A stretch of DNA of 64,000 nucleotides from the NCBI GenBank assembly GCA_036676455.1, contig JAKFCW010000101.1, positions 5,211 to 69,210 on the forward strand. Direction: 5' to 3'. The translations under genes and the position numbers were made by a program. The stretch's first letter is position 1. The number at the start of each line of letters is the position of its first letter. Source of the DNA: Candidatus Sericytochromatia bacterium. Its GTDB lineage: Bacteria > Cyanobacteriota > Sericytochromatia > S15B-MN24 > UBA4093. Under the pieces are notes generated by a model. The model was not told where the DNA came from. It saw only the letters and a list, made by a program, of their open reading frames with translations, and made no database searches. Positions 8,466-16,404 of this stretch are shown piece after piece.

Positions 8466-10448
8466 GTGCGAGATCTTCGAGGCAGACGATATTCCGTGGG
8501 GATCTTGCTCACCGGAGCGCTGATCCTGGCGGGTTTGCCCATGGGTACTCCGCTTTCCGGCATGTTTGCCGTCGGCTCCGCGCGGGCGAACGAGGATCCC
8601 GCGGCCTTCGACCGCTCCTACAAGGAGTCCGGGAAGCTGGCCGCTCAGCTGGCCCAGCGCTATGAGGGCGCCCTGCGGCAGACGGCGCTTCGCCTCGGTG
8701 AGGTGGCGCGGCAGGACGCGGGCGCGCTCGCCCGAAATCCCGTGGCGATCGAGACGTCGCGCTCTCCCTGGCCCATCGTGACCTACGTCCTGAATGGCGA
8801 TCGCCTCTCGCTGATCCCGGAAGGAAAGTCCCACCTCTCGCCCGAGGATCTCCAGGGCGTTTCCGGTCGCCAGCCTCATGTCTTCCTCAAGGGATCCACG
8901 GTCCTCGTGACGGTTCTGGCGGGCTCGAATCGCTACACGACCGCCGAGATCCCCCTGGAGGCCTTCACGGGGCCTCTGTCGAGCATCTCGCTGGGAGGCG
9001 ACTCCGCCCTGATGCTCCTCGATGATCAGGGCCGCAGCCTCGGCGCGAAGCCGCTGGGCTCCGAGGATCAGGAGCTGCTGAAGAGCGTCTCGACGGAGGC
9101 CGCGACCACCCTGGTTTCCAAGACCTCGGTCCTTTCACTGGCTCGGATCCCGTCGGCGGGGTGGACCGTGATCGTGCGCCTCCCGCTTGCCGAGGCCTAT
9201 CGCGGCATCGCCATGCCAGAACTCGACGAGCGCGCCCTCCCCAACCCCCTTTACCTCGTGAAACGGACCCCGGGTGCCTCGCTGGAAGGGGTCGGCCAGG
9301 GCATCCTCTTCTCGTTCGGTGGGTTGGCCCTGCTGGTCGTCGCGTTGCTTCTGCTCCGGAGGCGCCTGCGCGATCCCCGCCTCAAGTCCATCCGGATGCC
9401 TTTCTCCGAGCAGGGCCCCTTCAGCGCCCCGCTATCGGCCGCCCAGACGGGAGGCCTGGCGGTGCTCGAGGCCCTGGTGGGCGAGAAGGCCGGCGCCATG
9501 CCCGACGAGAGGCTCGCCACGGAGAGGCCCAGCACCGAGCGACGGCTTGACGAACGGGCGCTGTTGCCTGCTCCGGCTCCGGCGTCCTCCGAGGGGGCGG
9601 CCTCCGGCGTCTGGCGCGATACCATGAAAGCCGAGGTCGATTACCTGCAGGCCGAGCTCCGCAAGACCCAGGAGCAACTGCAGCAGCTGACCCAGCAGCC
9701 TCAGCTCGGAGCGCTGCAATCCCGCCTGGAGAGCGAGCTGAAAGAGGCCGAGCGTCGCCTCGCGGTTCAGCAGGAAGCCGAACTTCGCGAGTTCTCCGAG
9801 GCCCTGCGGCAGCGGCTGGACCTCGAAGCGCGGCGCCTACAGGCACTCGAGCAAAACTCACGGCAAGCCCTGGATGCTCTCGATCGCAAGGTCGTCCAGC
9901 AGGAAGGGCAGATCCGCTCGCACGTCGAGAGCCTCCAGTCCAAGTACGACGGGCTCTCGGATGGCCTCCGGCAGCGCTTCGAGCAGGATGACCAGCGACT
10001 GGAAGCGGTTCAAACCAAGTTTGATAGACTCTCGGAGGGTCTCCGGCAGCGCTTCGAGCAAGAGGATCAGCTGCTGGCGTCCCTGGATCAGGAGGTCGAT
10101 CGCACGCGGGTCGAGATCGAGGCCTTGCGCGCGCAACAGGCGGGTCTGGGCGAGCTGAGCGAGAGCAAGTTCGGCCTTCTCGAAAGCGAGTTGGAGAGCT
10201 ACCGCAACCAGGGCCAGCAGGCCGATCGCCAATCGAACGAGCGCATCGAGGTGATGGCGAAGGCGCTTCAAGAGCTGCATGCGGCCCTGGGCCAGGTCCA
10301 GTCGTCGAACGGCAAGCTGCGCCAGGAGGTCCAGGCCGCACTCGCGCAGGCCCATCAAGAGAACGCGAAGCTGCATGAGGAGCTAGGCACGCTGTCGGCG
10401 CGCGTGCACCGGGTGGTCCAGTTGCTGGCCAAGGGGCGACCGGCTTAG
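8466..10448 (+). CDS. Membrane-anchored protein: N-terminal signal/TM, about 260-aa periplasmic sensor-like domain, TM, long C-terminal coiled coil. 660 aa.
   Basis: Hydrophobic segments are VGILLTGALILAGL and ILFSFGGLALLVVALLLL followed by RRRLR. The C-terminal ~270 aa is heptad-like and Q/E/L/R-rich, with an internal duplication (GLSDGLRQRFEQDDQRLEAV / RLSEGLRQRFEQEDQLLASL). No kinase, GGDEF or MCP signalling motif seen. Confidence 0.65.
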   Translation: MRDLRGRRYSVGILLTGALILAGLPMGTPLSGMFAVGSARANEDPAAFDRSYKESGKLAAQLAQRYEGALRQTALRLGEVARQDAGALARNPVAIETSRSPWPIVTYVLNGDRLSLIPEGKSHLSPEDLQGVSGRQPHVFLKGSTVLVTVLAGSNRYTTAEIPLEAFTGPLSSISLGGDSALMLLDDQGRSLGAKPLGSEDQELLKSVSTEAATTLVSKTSVLSLARIPSAGWTVIVRLPLAEAYRGIAMPELDERALPNPLYLVKRTPGASLEGVGQGILFSFGGLALLVVALLLLRRRLRDPRLKSIRMPFSEQGPFSAPLSAAQTGGLAVLEALVGEKAGAMPDERLATERPSTERRLDERALLPAPAPASSEGAASGVWRDTMKAEVDYLQAELRKTQEQLQQLTQQPQLGALQSRLESELKEAERRLAVQQEAELREFSEALRQRLDLEARRLQALEQNSRQALDALDRKVVQQEGQIRSHVESLQSKYDGLSDGLRQRFEQDDQRLEAVQTKFDRLSEGLRQRFEQEDQLLASLDQEVDRTRVEIEALRAQQAGLGELSESKFGLLESELESYRNQGQQADRQSNERIEVMAKALQELHAALGQVQSSNGKLRQEVQAALAQAHQENAKLHEELGTLSARVHRVVQLLAKGRPA

Positions 10449-10462
10449 CGGTAGCCGGCACC

Positions 10463-10490
10463 CGTCATTCCCGCGGAAGCGGGAATCCAG
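10463..10490. repeat. REP-like element, family 1 (single unit)
   Basis: cgtcattcccgcggaagcgggaatccag, located immediately after the stop at 10448. Confidence 0.8.
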
Positions 10491-10506
10491 CGGATGAATA
10501 GCCAGA

Positions 10507-10544
10507 AGCACGAGGCCCCGTCCACTGGACGGGGCCTCGTGCTT
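10507..10544. terminator. Bidirectional hairpin terminator
   Basis: agcacgaggccccgtcc / ggacggggcctcgtgct forms a 17-bp stem between convergent genes (8466..10448 + and the pilin gene -). Confidence 0.7.
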
Positions 10545-10562
10545 TGCGGGGTGGAATCCGGC

Positions 10563-11105
10563 TTACTTGCCGCCGACCACGAAGTTGGGGCCTTCGCCCT
10601 TCCCGTTGTGGATCCAGACGGCGAAGTTGCGAACCGAGACGGTCGCTTCGCGCTGCATGTCGAAGATGTCGACCACGCTGGTGTTGGCGGACTTCCGGTA
10701 CTCGATGGCACCGACGAGGGTCGTGTCGGCCGCGGTGGCCGCGGCGACGCCGGCCAGCGAATTGCCGGCGCGAATGCCCTGGGCGTAGACGTCTCCGCCT
10801 GCTGCGGGAGTACCCGCCGCGCCGCCCCAGGGGCTGGACTTGAAGTCATCCGGACGGTTGCGCTGCCACATGGTGGAGAACTGGGCGGCGGTCGGGTAGA
10901 CGCCGAAGTTCTTGGCGGCAAACTCCTCGGCGGTTGCCGTTGCCGCGTTGACCTTGCTCTGGGCCGCGGTGTTGGCGGCGCTGTTCTTGGCCTGGTTATA
11001 GAGAACCGTGGCGCCCGCGATGACCACGACTCCGATAACGATTGCCAGCGTGACTTCGATCAGGGTGAAGCCGGATTCCGAGTGTTTGAGCCGATTTGCA
11101 GACAT
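10563..11105 (-). CDS. Prepilin-type pilin (candidate major pilin or pseudopilin), 180 aa
   Basis: ATG at 11105 follows AGGAGAGAGAAG. The leader MSANRLKHSES-G|FTLIEVTLAIVIGVVVIAG is the class III signal with the N-methylation motif. SPWGG motif present. The gene is monocistronic with its own terminator. Confidence 0.85.
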   Translation of the reverse strand: MSANRLKHSESGFTLIEVTLAIVIGVVVIAGATVLYNQAKNSAANTAAQSKVNAATATAEEFAAKNFGVYPTAAQFSTMWQRNRPDDFKSSPWGGAAGTPAAGGDVYAQGIRAGNSLAGVAAATAADTTLVGAIEYRKSANTSVVDIFDMQREATVSVRNFAVWIHNGKGEGPNFVVGGK

Positions 11106-11135
11106 CTTCTCTCTCCTACATTGGGGACCTTTCCC

Positions 11136-11144
11136 CATATACCC
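11136..11144 (-). promoter_or_regulatory. Putative -10 element (GGGTATATG on the minus strand)
   Basis: About 30 nt upstream of the pilin ATG. Same motif family as the others. Confidence 0.3.
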
Positions 11145-11197
11145 CTTGGTTGGCTGCCTAAACGCGCGAACCGCGTGAATTCTTGGTGAGCTTCCGA

Positions 11198-11851
11198 TCA
11201 AGGAGCAGGAAGCGGTTCACCAAGCTTTTCCAGGGACCGTTTCGCCACCTCCCGGATGCTCGGGTTGCCGGCCCGGAGGTAGATGGCGCGCCACGTGGCG
11301 ACCGCCAGCTCCGTGCGCGCGCCCCGCTCGTACATGCGCGCGGCGAAGTAGCCGGCCTCGGGCGGAGCGCCCGGGAGCTCTGCTGCGCGCTCGAAGTACT
11401 TGGCGGCCAAGAGGGGGTCGTCGCCAAAGAAGAAGAGGGTCATCCCTGCCTGATAGGGAAACCACCAGTTCGTCGGGTCGTGCTTGGCGCCCTTCGCAAG
11501 GAGGTCCACGGCCTTGAGGGACTCACCCGAATCTCCCAGTGCGAGCGCTCCGAGCTCGTAAGCGGCATGGAAGCGGGGATCCAGCTCGACGATGGCAGAC
11601 AGCAGCGGGTAGAGGTTGTGAAAGTTCCGGCCATGCGTGAGCTGATAGCCCCAGTAGCCGATGAAGCGCAGGTAGAGGGCATCGGCGGCCATGTTCCGGA
11701 AGCCCATGGAGCCCAGTTTCAGCGCGGCGGCCGGCGGCACGGAGAGGAGGCCGGCAGGCCGCGCGGCGGCTTCGGTCTCCCAGCGAACCAGCGAGCCCAG
11801 GGCGCAGCTGCCCGCGACCAGAAGGACGAGGACCGAGCGGAGGGGTTTCAC
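11198..11851 (-). CDS. TPR-like helical-repeat protein, possible lipoprotein (PilF/Tgl-like pilotin candidate), 217 aa
   Basis: GTG at 11851 overlaps the upstream TGA (GTGA). The N-terminus VKPLRSVLVLLVAGSC has a permissive lipobox. The rest is TPR-like (AAYELGALALGDSGESLKAVDLLAKGAKHDP, AAKYFERAAELP, YFAARMYERGART). The 550-aa track ORF 11198..12850 is a read-through of another frame. Confidence 0.55.
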   Translation of the reverse strand: MKPLRSVLVLLVAGSCALGSLVRWETEAAARPAGLLSVPPAAALKLGSMGFRNMAADALYLRFIGYWGYQLTHGRNFHNLYPLLSAIVELDPRFHAAYELGALALGDSGESLKAVDLLAKGAKHDPTNWWFPYQAGMTLFFFGDDPLLAAKYFERAAELPGAPPEAGYFAARMYERGARTELAVATWRAIYLRAGNPSIREVAKRSLEKLGEPLPAP

Positions 11852-12609
11852 GGGAGTTCCTTGCGCGCGAAGATCAGGTTGGCCAGGGTGAGGAGGACGA
11901 CGATCAGGCAGGCTCCGTAGGCGATCGCCCAGAGCCACTGCCCGAGGGCGAAGGTTTCGCCGTAGACCACCTGGTTCTTGAGGTTGAACGTTTCGAGGTT
12001 GGGCAGCCCGTAGTAAATCATGGTCGAGACGGCCTTGGCCACGGGATCCGCCTTCTCGCCGAACTGCTTGATGATCTCCGAGCCGTGCCCCAGGACGTAG
12101 AAGCCCAAGGCATAGAGGATGCTGAGCATGGGCGAGGTCATGGTGGTGAAGAGCATGGTCAGGCCGAGCATGACCATGGCCTCGAGGCCGAAGAGGACCA
12201 AGGGGCCGAGGTAGATCGGCTCGAAGCGGCGGGTGATGAGGGCCATCAGGCCGTAGAAGAGCAGTCCCAGCAGGGCCAGCAGGCACCAGAGCGCGGCCGA
12301 GGAGCCCAGGAATTTGCCCGTGAGGAACTGTCCCCGGGTGATGGGTTTGCTGAGGAGCGTGTAGACGATGCGCTGCTCGAGATCGCGCGAGATCAGGCGG
12401 GAGCCCAGGAAGACGGCGAGCAGGACCAGGAGGGCGTTGATGGTGCCCAGGCCGAAGTCCTGGATGATCTTGAGGTCCGCGCCGGCGGAGAGTCCGCCGA
12501 GCAGGAGGGTGAAGCCGATCAGCAGGGCTCCGAAGAGGGCGGCGACGTGGAGGAGTTTGTCTCGGAGGGCTTCCTTGAGGGTGATGGAGGCAATCGCGAG
12601 CGGGATCAT
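11848..12609 (-). CDS. ABC-2 type transporter permease (NosY/GldF-like), 253 aa
   Basis: Starts MIPLAIASITLKEALRDKLL and has six hydrophobic spans. No cognate ATPase gene is present in this window. Confidence 0.7.
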   Translation of the reverse strand: MIPLAIASITLKEALRDKLLHVAALFGALLIGFTLLLGGLSAGADLKIIQDFGLGTINALLVLLAVFLGSRLISRDLEQRIVYTLLSKPITRGQFLTGKFLGSSAALWCLLALLGLLFYGLMALITRRFEPIYLGPLVLFGLEAMVMLGLTMLFTTMTSPMLSILYALGFYVLGHGSEIIKQFGEKADPVAKAVSTMIYYGLPNLETFNLKNQVVYGETFALGQWLWAIAYGACLIVVLLTLANLIFARKELP

Positions 12610-12614
12610 CTTTC

Positions 12615-13175
12615 CTATTCGACTTCGACCGAGATGGGAACCGTGATTTGCCAGGTGATCGTGCTACCGAACTGGTTGCGGCCCTGGAAGGTGACATTGG
12701 CCTGGACGTCGATCTCGGGAATCTTGCTGCCCGAGTCCGGGTTGGTGGCATCGACCAGCTGGCTCGTGATGATTTGCCCCAGGTTGAGGGAAACCGGCGT
12801 CTCGCCCTGCAGGCGGGCCAGGAAGGGCATGATGGCGGTATCGACGCCATCGATGAAGAGCAGCTCGCCGTTCTCGAAGTCTCCGACCGGCGAGTAGTAA
12901 TCGACCTTGGCCATCTGGAGGTCCACGGGCGAGGAGCCGGGGATCAGCGCGACGCTGAGAACGGGGGCGGTCTTGGAGACCTCGTAGATCACGCTGCCGT
13001 CATCTTGCTCGGTCTGCTTCCAGGCGATCTTGCCCTTGGTGGTGACGGTGCCGTCGATCCCGGAGGTGTTGAGGAGCCCTCGCCAGTAGGAGGCCGTGCA
13101 GCCCGTGGCGAGCAGCATGGAGGCGAGCAGCAGGGTGGCGAGCAGGAGGGAAGGAAGCTTAAGCGGCCGCATCAT
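12615..13175 (-). CDS. Lipoprotein of unknown function immediately downstream of the secretin, 186 aa
   Basis: MMRPLKLPSLLLATLLLASMLLATGC has the lipobox LATGC. The start overlaps the secretin 3' end by 17 nt. The body is beta-rich. Confidence 0.7.
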   Translation of the reverse strand: MMRPLKLPSLLLATLLLASMLLATGCTASYWRGLLNTSGIDGTVTTKGKIAWKQTEQDDGSVIYEVSKTAPVLSVALIPGSSPVDLQMAKVDYYSPVGDFENGELLFIDGVDTAIMPFLARLQGETPVSLNLGQIITSQLVDATNPDSGSKIPEIDVQANVTFQGRNQFGSTITWQITVPISVEVE

Positions 13176-14868
13176 TGACGATCTCCGGAGTGATGAGGAT
13201 CTGAACCTCAGTGCGGGTCTGATCCACGACCGTGCGCTGGAAGAGCCTGCCGAGGAAGGGGATGTCTCCCAGGAGGGGGATCTTCTCGACCGTCTCGCGG
13301 CCGGAGTCCTGGATCAGGCCTCCGATGACGATGGTCTCGCCGTTGAGGACGCGGATCTCCTGGGTCTGGAATTCTCGCTTGCTCTTGAGCGTGGCCAGGA
13401 TGTCCTGGTTCGTCGCGCGCTCTTCCTTGCGCACGACGGAGATGACGGGGTGGACGTTCATGGTGATGCTACCCTGCGGGTCGATCCGGGGAGTCAGCTC
13501 GAGGGTGATGCCGACCTCGTCGAGTTCGACCGTGCGGGTGGTCAGGGTCTGGTTGGCGTTCTGGGTGATGGTGGTGGTGGTCTTGCCGACGATATCGTCG
13601 GTGATCTTGATGATCGACGAGCGGTTGTTCATGGCCAGGACCGAGGGGCTGGCGAGCACCTTCGCCTTGTTCTGCGAGACCAGGGCGTCCAGGGCCACCC
13701 GGAGGTTGGCGGCCTGATTGGTCGCGCTCTCGAAGGTGAAGCGGCCGTTGTCGGGGGAGTTGGTGTCGAAGTCGCCGCTGAACTGCTTGGAGCCGAGGCC
13801 GTAGCTGAGGCCGAGCCGCTGCAGGGCTCCCTGCTCGATCTGGACGATCTGCGTGCGGATCAGGACCTGCGGGGGCTTGCGATCCAGGACCTTCAGGATC
13901 TGCTCGGCCAGGGCCAGCTCCGACTGAGAGCCGACGGCCAGGAGGGCGTTACGGCTGCCGAGCGGGATGAAGCGGGGGGTCTGCTCGCCGATGGCGATGG
14001 TGTCCGTCTTCGTCGCGGGGAGCTGGCCGGGGGCGGTTCCCGCGAAGTCCCGGTAGGTGTTCTTGACGCTGGCGCCGGATCCGCTGCCGCCGGCGCTTGC
14101 TCCGCCAGCCGCCGCTCCGCTTGCCGCTGCTCCGCCGGACGGGGCTGCAGCAGTGGCGGGTGCGTAGAAGCTCGCCTTCAGGACCTCGATGGCCTCGCTG
14201 ACCGTGACGTACGAGAGCGGGAAGACGCGGTTGGGCAGGAGGACGTCCATGCGCTTGACCAGCTGCTCGACGACCTGCACGTTCGCTTCTTGACCCGAGA
14301 CGATCAGCGCGTTGCTGTTGGTGTCCGGGCGAACCTGGGTGGCGAAGAGCTTGGCGGACTCGCCGCCCGCTGCCGTGCCTCCGGAGGATTCGGCCAGGAC
14401 CGATTTGACCATGGTCGCGGTGTTGGCGGCGTTGGCGTAGGACAGAGGGATGAAGCGGATGACCGGGCGGCCGTAGCGGCCGCTGCGGTAGACGACGTAG
14501 GTCGAGCCGATCCGCTGCAGCTCCAGGCCGTTGGAGCTGATCAGGGTCTCGAGGATGTTGTTGAGCGGGGTGTTGAAGAAGTCGAGGTTGAGGTTCGCCG
14601 ACTTCTCGCTCGAGATGGAATCATCGAGCGTCAGGTTGAGGCGCTTCTGCTCGGCGATCAGCTGCAGGGCCTCACGCAGCGAGGTGTCGCGCAGGCGGAT
14701 GGTGAGCTTGTCCTCGCCTCCAGGAACGGAAATCTTGCTCTGGAGCGAGACGCCCTGCGCCATGGCGGGAGCCACGGATATGGCCGGCGCCCAGAGGGCG
14801 AGCAGCAGGGCGATGCTTTTGGTCCACTTTCTCACGCGAGTCCCCCATGGGCTTAAGCTAGGAGTCAT
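13159..14868 (-). CDS. Secretin (PilQ/GspD family), about 569 aa
   Basis: The C-terminal secretin domain ends in VLNGETIVIGGLIQDSGRETVEKIPLLGDIPFLGRLFQRTVVDQTRTEVQILITPEIV. N-terminal N0/N1-like repeats are present (LRDTSLREALQLIAEQ..., VFPLSYVTVSEAIEVLK). Start is ATG at 14868, or GTG at 14835 giving VRKWTKSIALLLALWAPAISVAPAMA. The track ORF start at 15054 is unlikely. Confidence 0.9.
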   Translation of the reverse strand: MTPSLSPWGTRVRKWTKSIALLLALWAPAISVAPAMAQGVSLQSKISVPGGEDKLTIRLRDTSLREALQLIAEQKRLNLTLDDSISSEKSANLNLDFFNTPLNNILETLISSNGLELQRIGSTYVVYRSGRYGRPVIRFIPLSYANAANTATMVKSVLAESSGGTAAGGESAKLFATQVRPDTNSNALIVSGQEANVQVVEQLVKRMDVLLPNRVFPLSYVTVSEAIEVLKASFYAPATAAAPSGGAAASGAAAGGASAGGSGSGASVKNTYRDFAGTAPGQLPATKTDTIAIGEQTPRFIPLGSRNALLAVGSQSELALAEQILKVLDRKPPQVLIRTQIVQIEQGALQRLGLSYGLGSKQFSGDFDTNSPDNGRFTFESATNQAANLRVALDALVSQNKAKVLASPSVLAMNNRSSIIKITDDIVGKTTTTITQNANQTLTTRTVELDEVGITLELTPRIDPQGSITMNVHPVISVVRKEERATNQDILATLKSKREFQTQEIRVLNGETIVIGGLIQDSGRETVEKIPLLGDIPFLGRLFQRTVVDQTRTEVQILITPEIVNDAAA

Positions 14869-14971
14869 GCCGTCATCGGGATGGTAGCAGGAGAGTGAGA
14901 CGCATGGCTGTGAGCGCTGCACGCCTCCCGTACCCGGGAAGCAAAGGCTTGAAACAACCTTGCCTTGAGGA

Positions 14972-15541
14972 TTAATCCCCGATCTCGCCTTCCACCTGGC
15001 CGCCGGTCTTGGCCTGGGCGCCGTTGACGTAGAAGTAGCGATCGCCGTTGGCATCTGCGATGGCGACCGCGTAGAAGCGGGTCTGGGTCTTGATGCCGCC
15101 CTTGGCCAGGTCCGTGAACGTCAGGAAGCCCTCGATGTCCGCGGGGGCGAGCTGGTAGTAGTAGAGGATGCCGGAGTCCCCTACGTTGGAGTCGTGGCTG
15201 GAGTAGTCGTCGCCGCTCAGCGTCCGCCCGCGGATGCCGTCCGCGGTCTCGCCTGCATCGCCTCCGATGGCGGGGCCGCCCCAGGGGCTGACGGCGTAGT
15301 CCAGCGGACGCTTGTTCTTCCAGACCACCCGCAACTCTTCGACCGTGGGGTAATTGCCGGCGTTGGCGACGGCCATGTCCTCGACCGTGGTCTGCAGCGC
15401 GAGGACTCGCTGCCAGGCGTTGGTGTGGCCGGAGTTGTTGCGCATCTGGTTGTACAGGGCCAGGGACGACCCCAAGAGGATAGCGCCGACCACCAGGACC
15501 AGCATGACCTCCGTCAGCGTGAAGCCGTCTTGCCGTTTCAT
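14972..15541 (-). CDS. Prepilin-type pilin, 189 aa
   Basis: MKRQD-G|FTLTEVMLVLVVGAILLG, with an SPWGG motif. AAGGA lies 7 nt before the ATG at 15541. An alternative ATG is at 15556. Confidence 0.85.
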   Translation of the reverse strand: MKRQDGFTLTEVMLVLVVGAILLGSSLALYNQMRNNSGHTNAWQRVLALQTTVEDMAVANAGNYPTVEELRVVWKNKRPLDYAVSPWGGPAIGGDAGETADGIRGRTLSGDDYSSHDSNVGDSGILYYYQLAPADIEGFLTFTDLAKGGIKTQTRFYAVAIADANGDRYFYVNGAQAKTGGQVEGEIGD

Positions 15542-15562
15542 CGGGTGTCCTTTCATGAGGCG

Positions 15563-16102
15563 CTACCTTCCGCTCTGCACGTGGAAGAAGAGGCGCCCTT
15601 GGCCGTTGATCGGTTTGTCGCCGGCGACCATGTAGGCGGTGGCGGAGACCGTCGCTCCGCGTGTGACGTCCCAGAAGTTCGCGGTGCCTGCTGCCCCGGC
15701 ATTGTCGATCCAGATGTAATGGAGCGCTCCACCGGTGCTCGAATCCTTCTCTTCTTCCTCGTAGTGCGTGGCGCCGTGGCTGATGGTCTGGGAGAGGATG
15801 CCCCGGTTGGCCTCGCTCGAGCCGATCACGGGACCGCCCCAGGGGCTGCTCTTGTAATCATCGGGCCGGCGCGCCTTCCAAGCGCTGCGCAGGGTATCGG
15901 GGGTCGGGAAGGCGCTGGTGGGGGCGTAAAGCTCCTCGACGAGCGTGCGGAGATCCTGGACCCTCTGGCGCATCGCGGCGTCTCCGCTCTGATCGCGCAG
16001 GGCCTTGTAGCCGTAGACGGCCGTGCCCGTGAGCAGGATGCCGATCGAAAGGGCCAGGCCCACTTCCATGAGCGAATAACCGCCTTCTTTTTTCCGATCC
16101 AT
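15563..16102 (-). CDS. Prepilin-type pilin-like protein, 179 aa
   Basis: MDRKKEG-G|YSLMEVGLALSIGILLTG, with an SPWGG motif. First gene of the minus-strand pilin-secretin operon. Confidence 0.8.
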   Translation of the reverse strand: MDRKKEGGYSLMEVGLALSIGILLTGTAVYGYKALRDQSGDAAMRQRVQDLRTLVEELYAPTSAFPTPDTLRSAWKARRPDDYKSSPWGGPVIGSSEANRGILSQTISHGATHYEEEEKDSSTGGALHYIWIDNAGAAGTANFWDVTRGATVSATAYMVAGDKPINGQGRLFFHVQSGR

Positions 16103-16158
16103 GCCTGACTCCCTTGCTCCGGCTACTGCCGCTCGTCGCCCGATCCGGCTTCCTCCTT

Positions 16159-16167
16159 ACTATACCA
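16159..16167 (-). promoter_or_regulatory. Putative extended -10 element (TGGTATAGT on the minus strand)
   Basis: About 55 nt upstream of the ATG at 16102, in the divergent intergenic region. Confidence 0.3.
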
Positions 16168-16336
16168 ACCAGCAATGCCCCTCTAACCAAGATGGCCGTT
16201 GGTGACCGATCTCTCAGACAAGCCTGGGGAGATCGGCGATAATCCGAACGGAAATCCAGTCGCCTTCAGCCTTCCGTGGGTTTCAGTCTCCTCGGCAACG
16301 GGTACTTTGTTGCTTGGTTCTGTCGGGATGCGATGT

Positions 16337-16380
16337 GCCCGCGGCTGTTGCGGAAGGCAGCGAAGCTGACCTAAAGCAAC
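16337..16380. repeat. Intergenic repeat, family 2 (copy b, inverted)
   Basis: The reverse complement reads gttgctttaggtcagcttcgctgccttccgcaacagccgcgggc. Confidence 0.7.
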
Positions 16381-16404
16381 GTTTGCGCAAGGAAGAGGCC
16401 TGCC

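Noticed and set aside
11852-12850. The upstream part of track ORF 11198..12850 (550 aa).
   Set aside because: It is Pro/Arg/Gly-rich and lies in another frame of the ABC-2 permease and lipoprotein genes. The TPR protein starts at the GTG at 11851, coupled to the permease stop.
16103-16404. A possible riboswitch or sRNA (for example c-di-GMP-type) in the 302-bp divergent region between the pilin and platform operons. It includes the hairpin ccgatctc...gagatcgg.
   Set aside because: I could not match any riboswitch consensus by eye. The only solid feature is repeat family 2 copy b. This needs a covariance-model (Rfam) scan.
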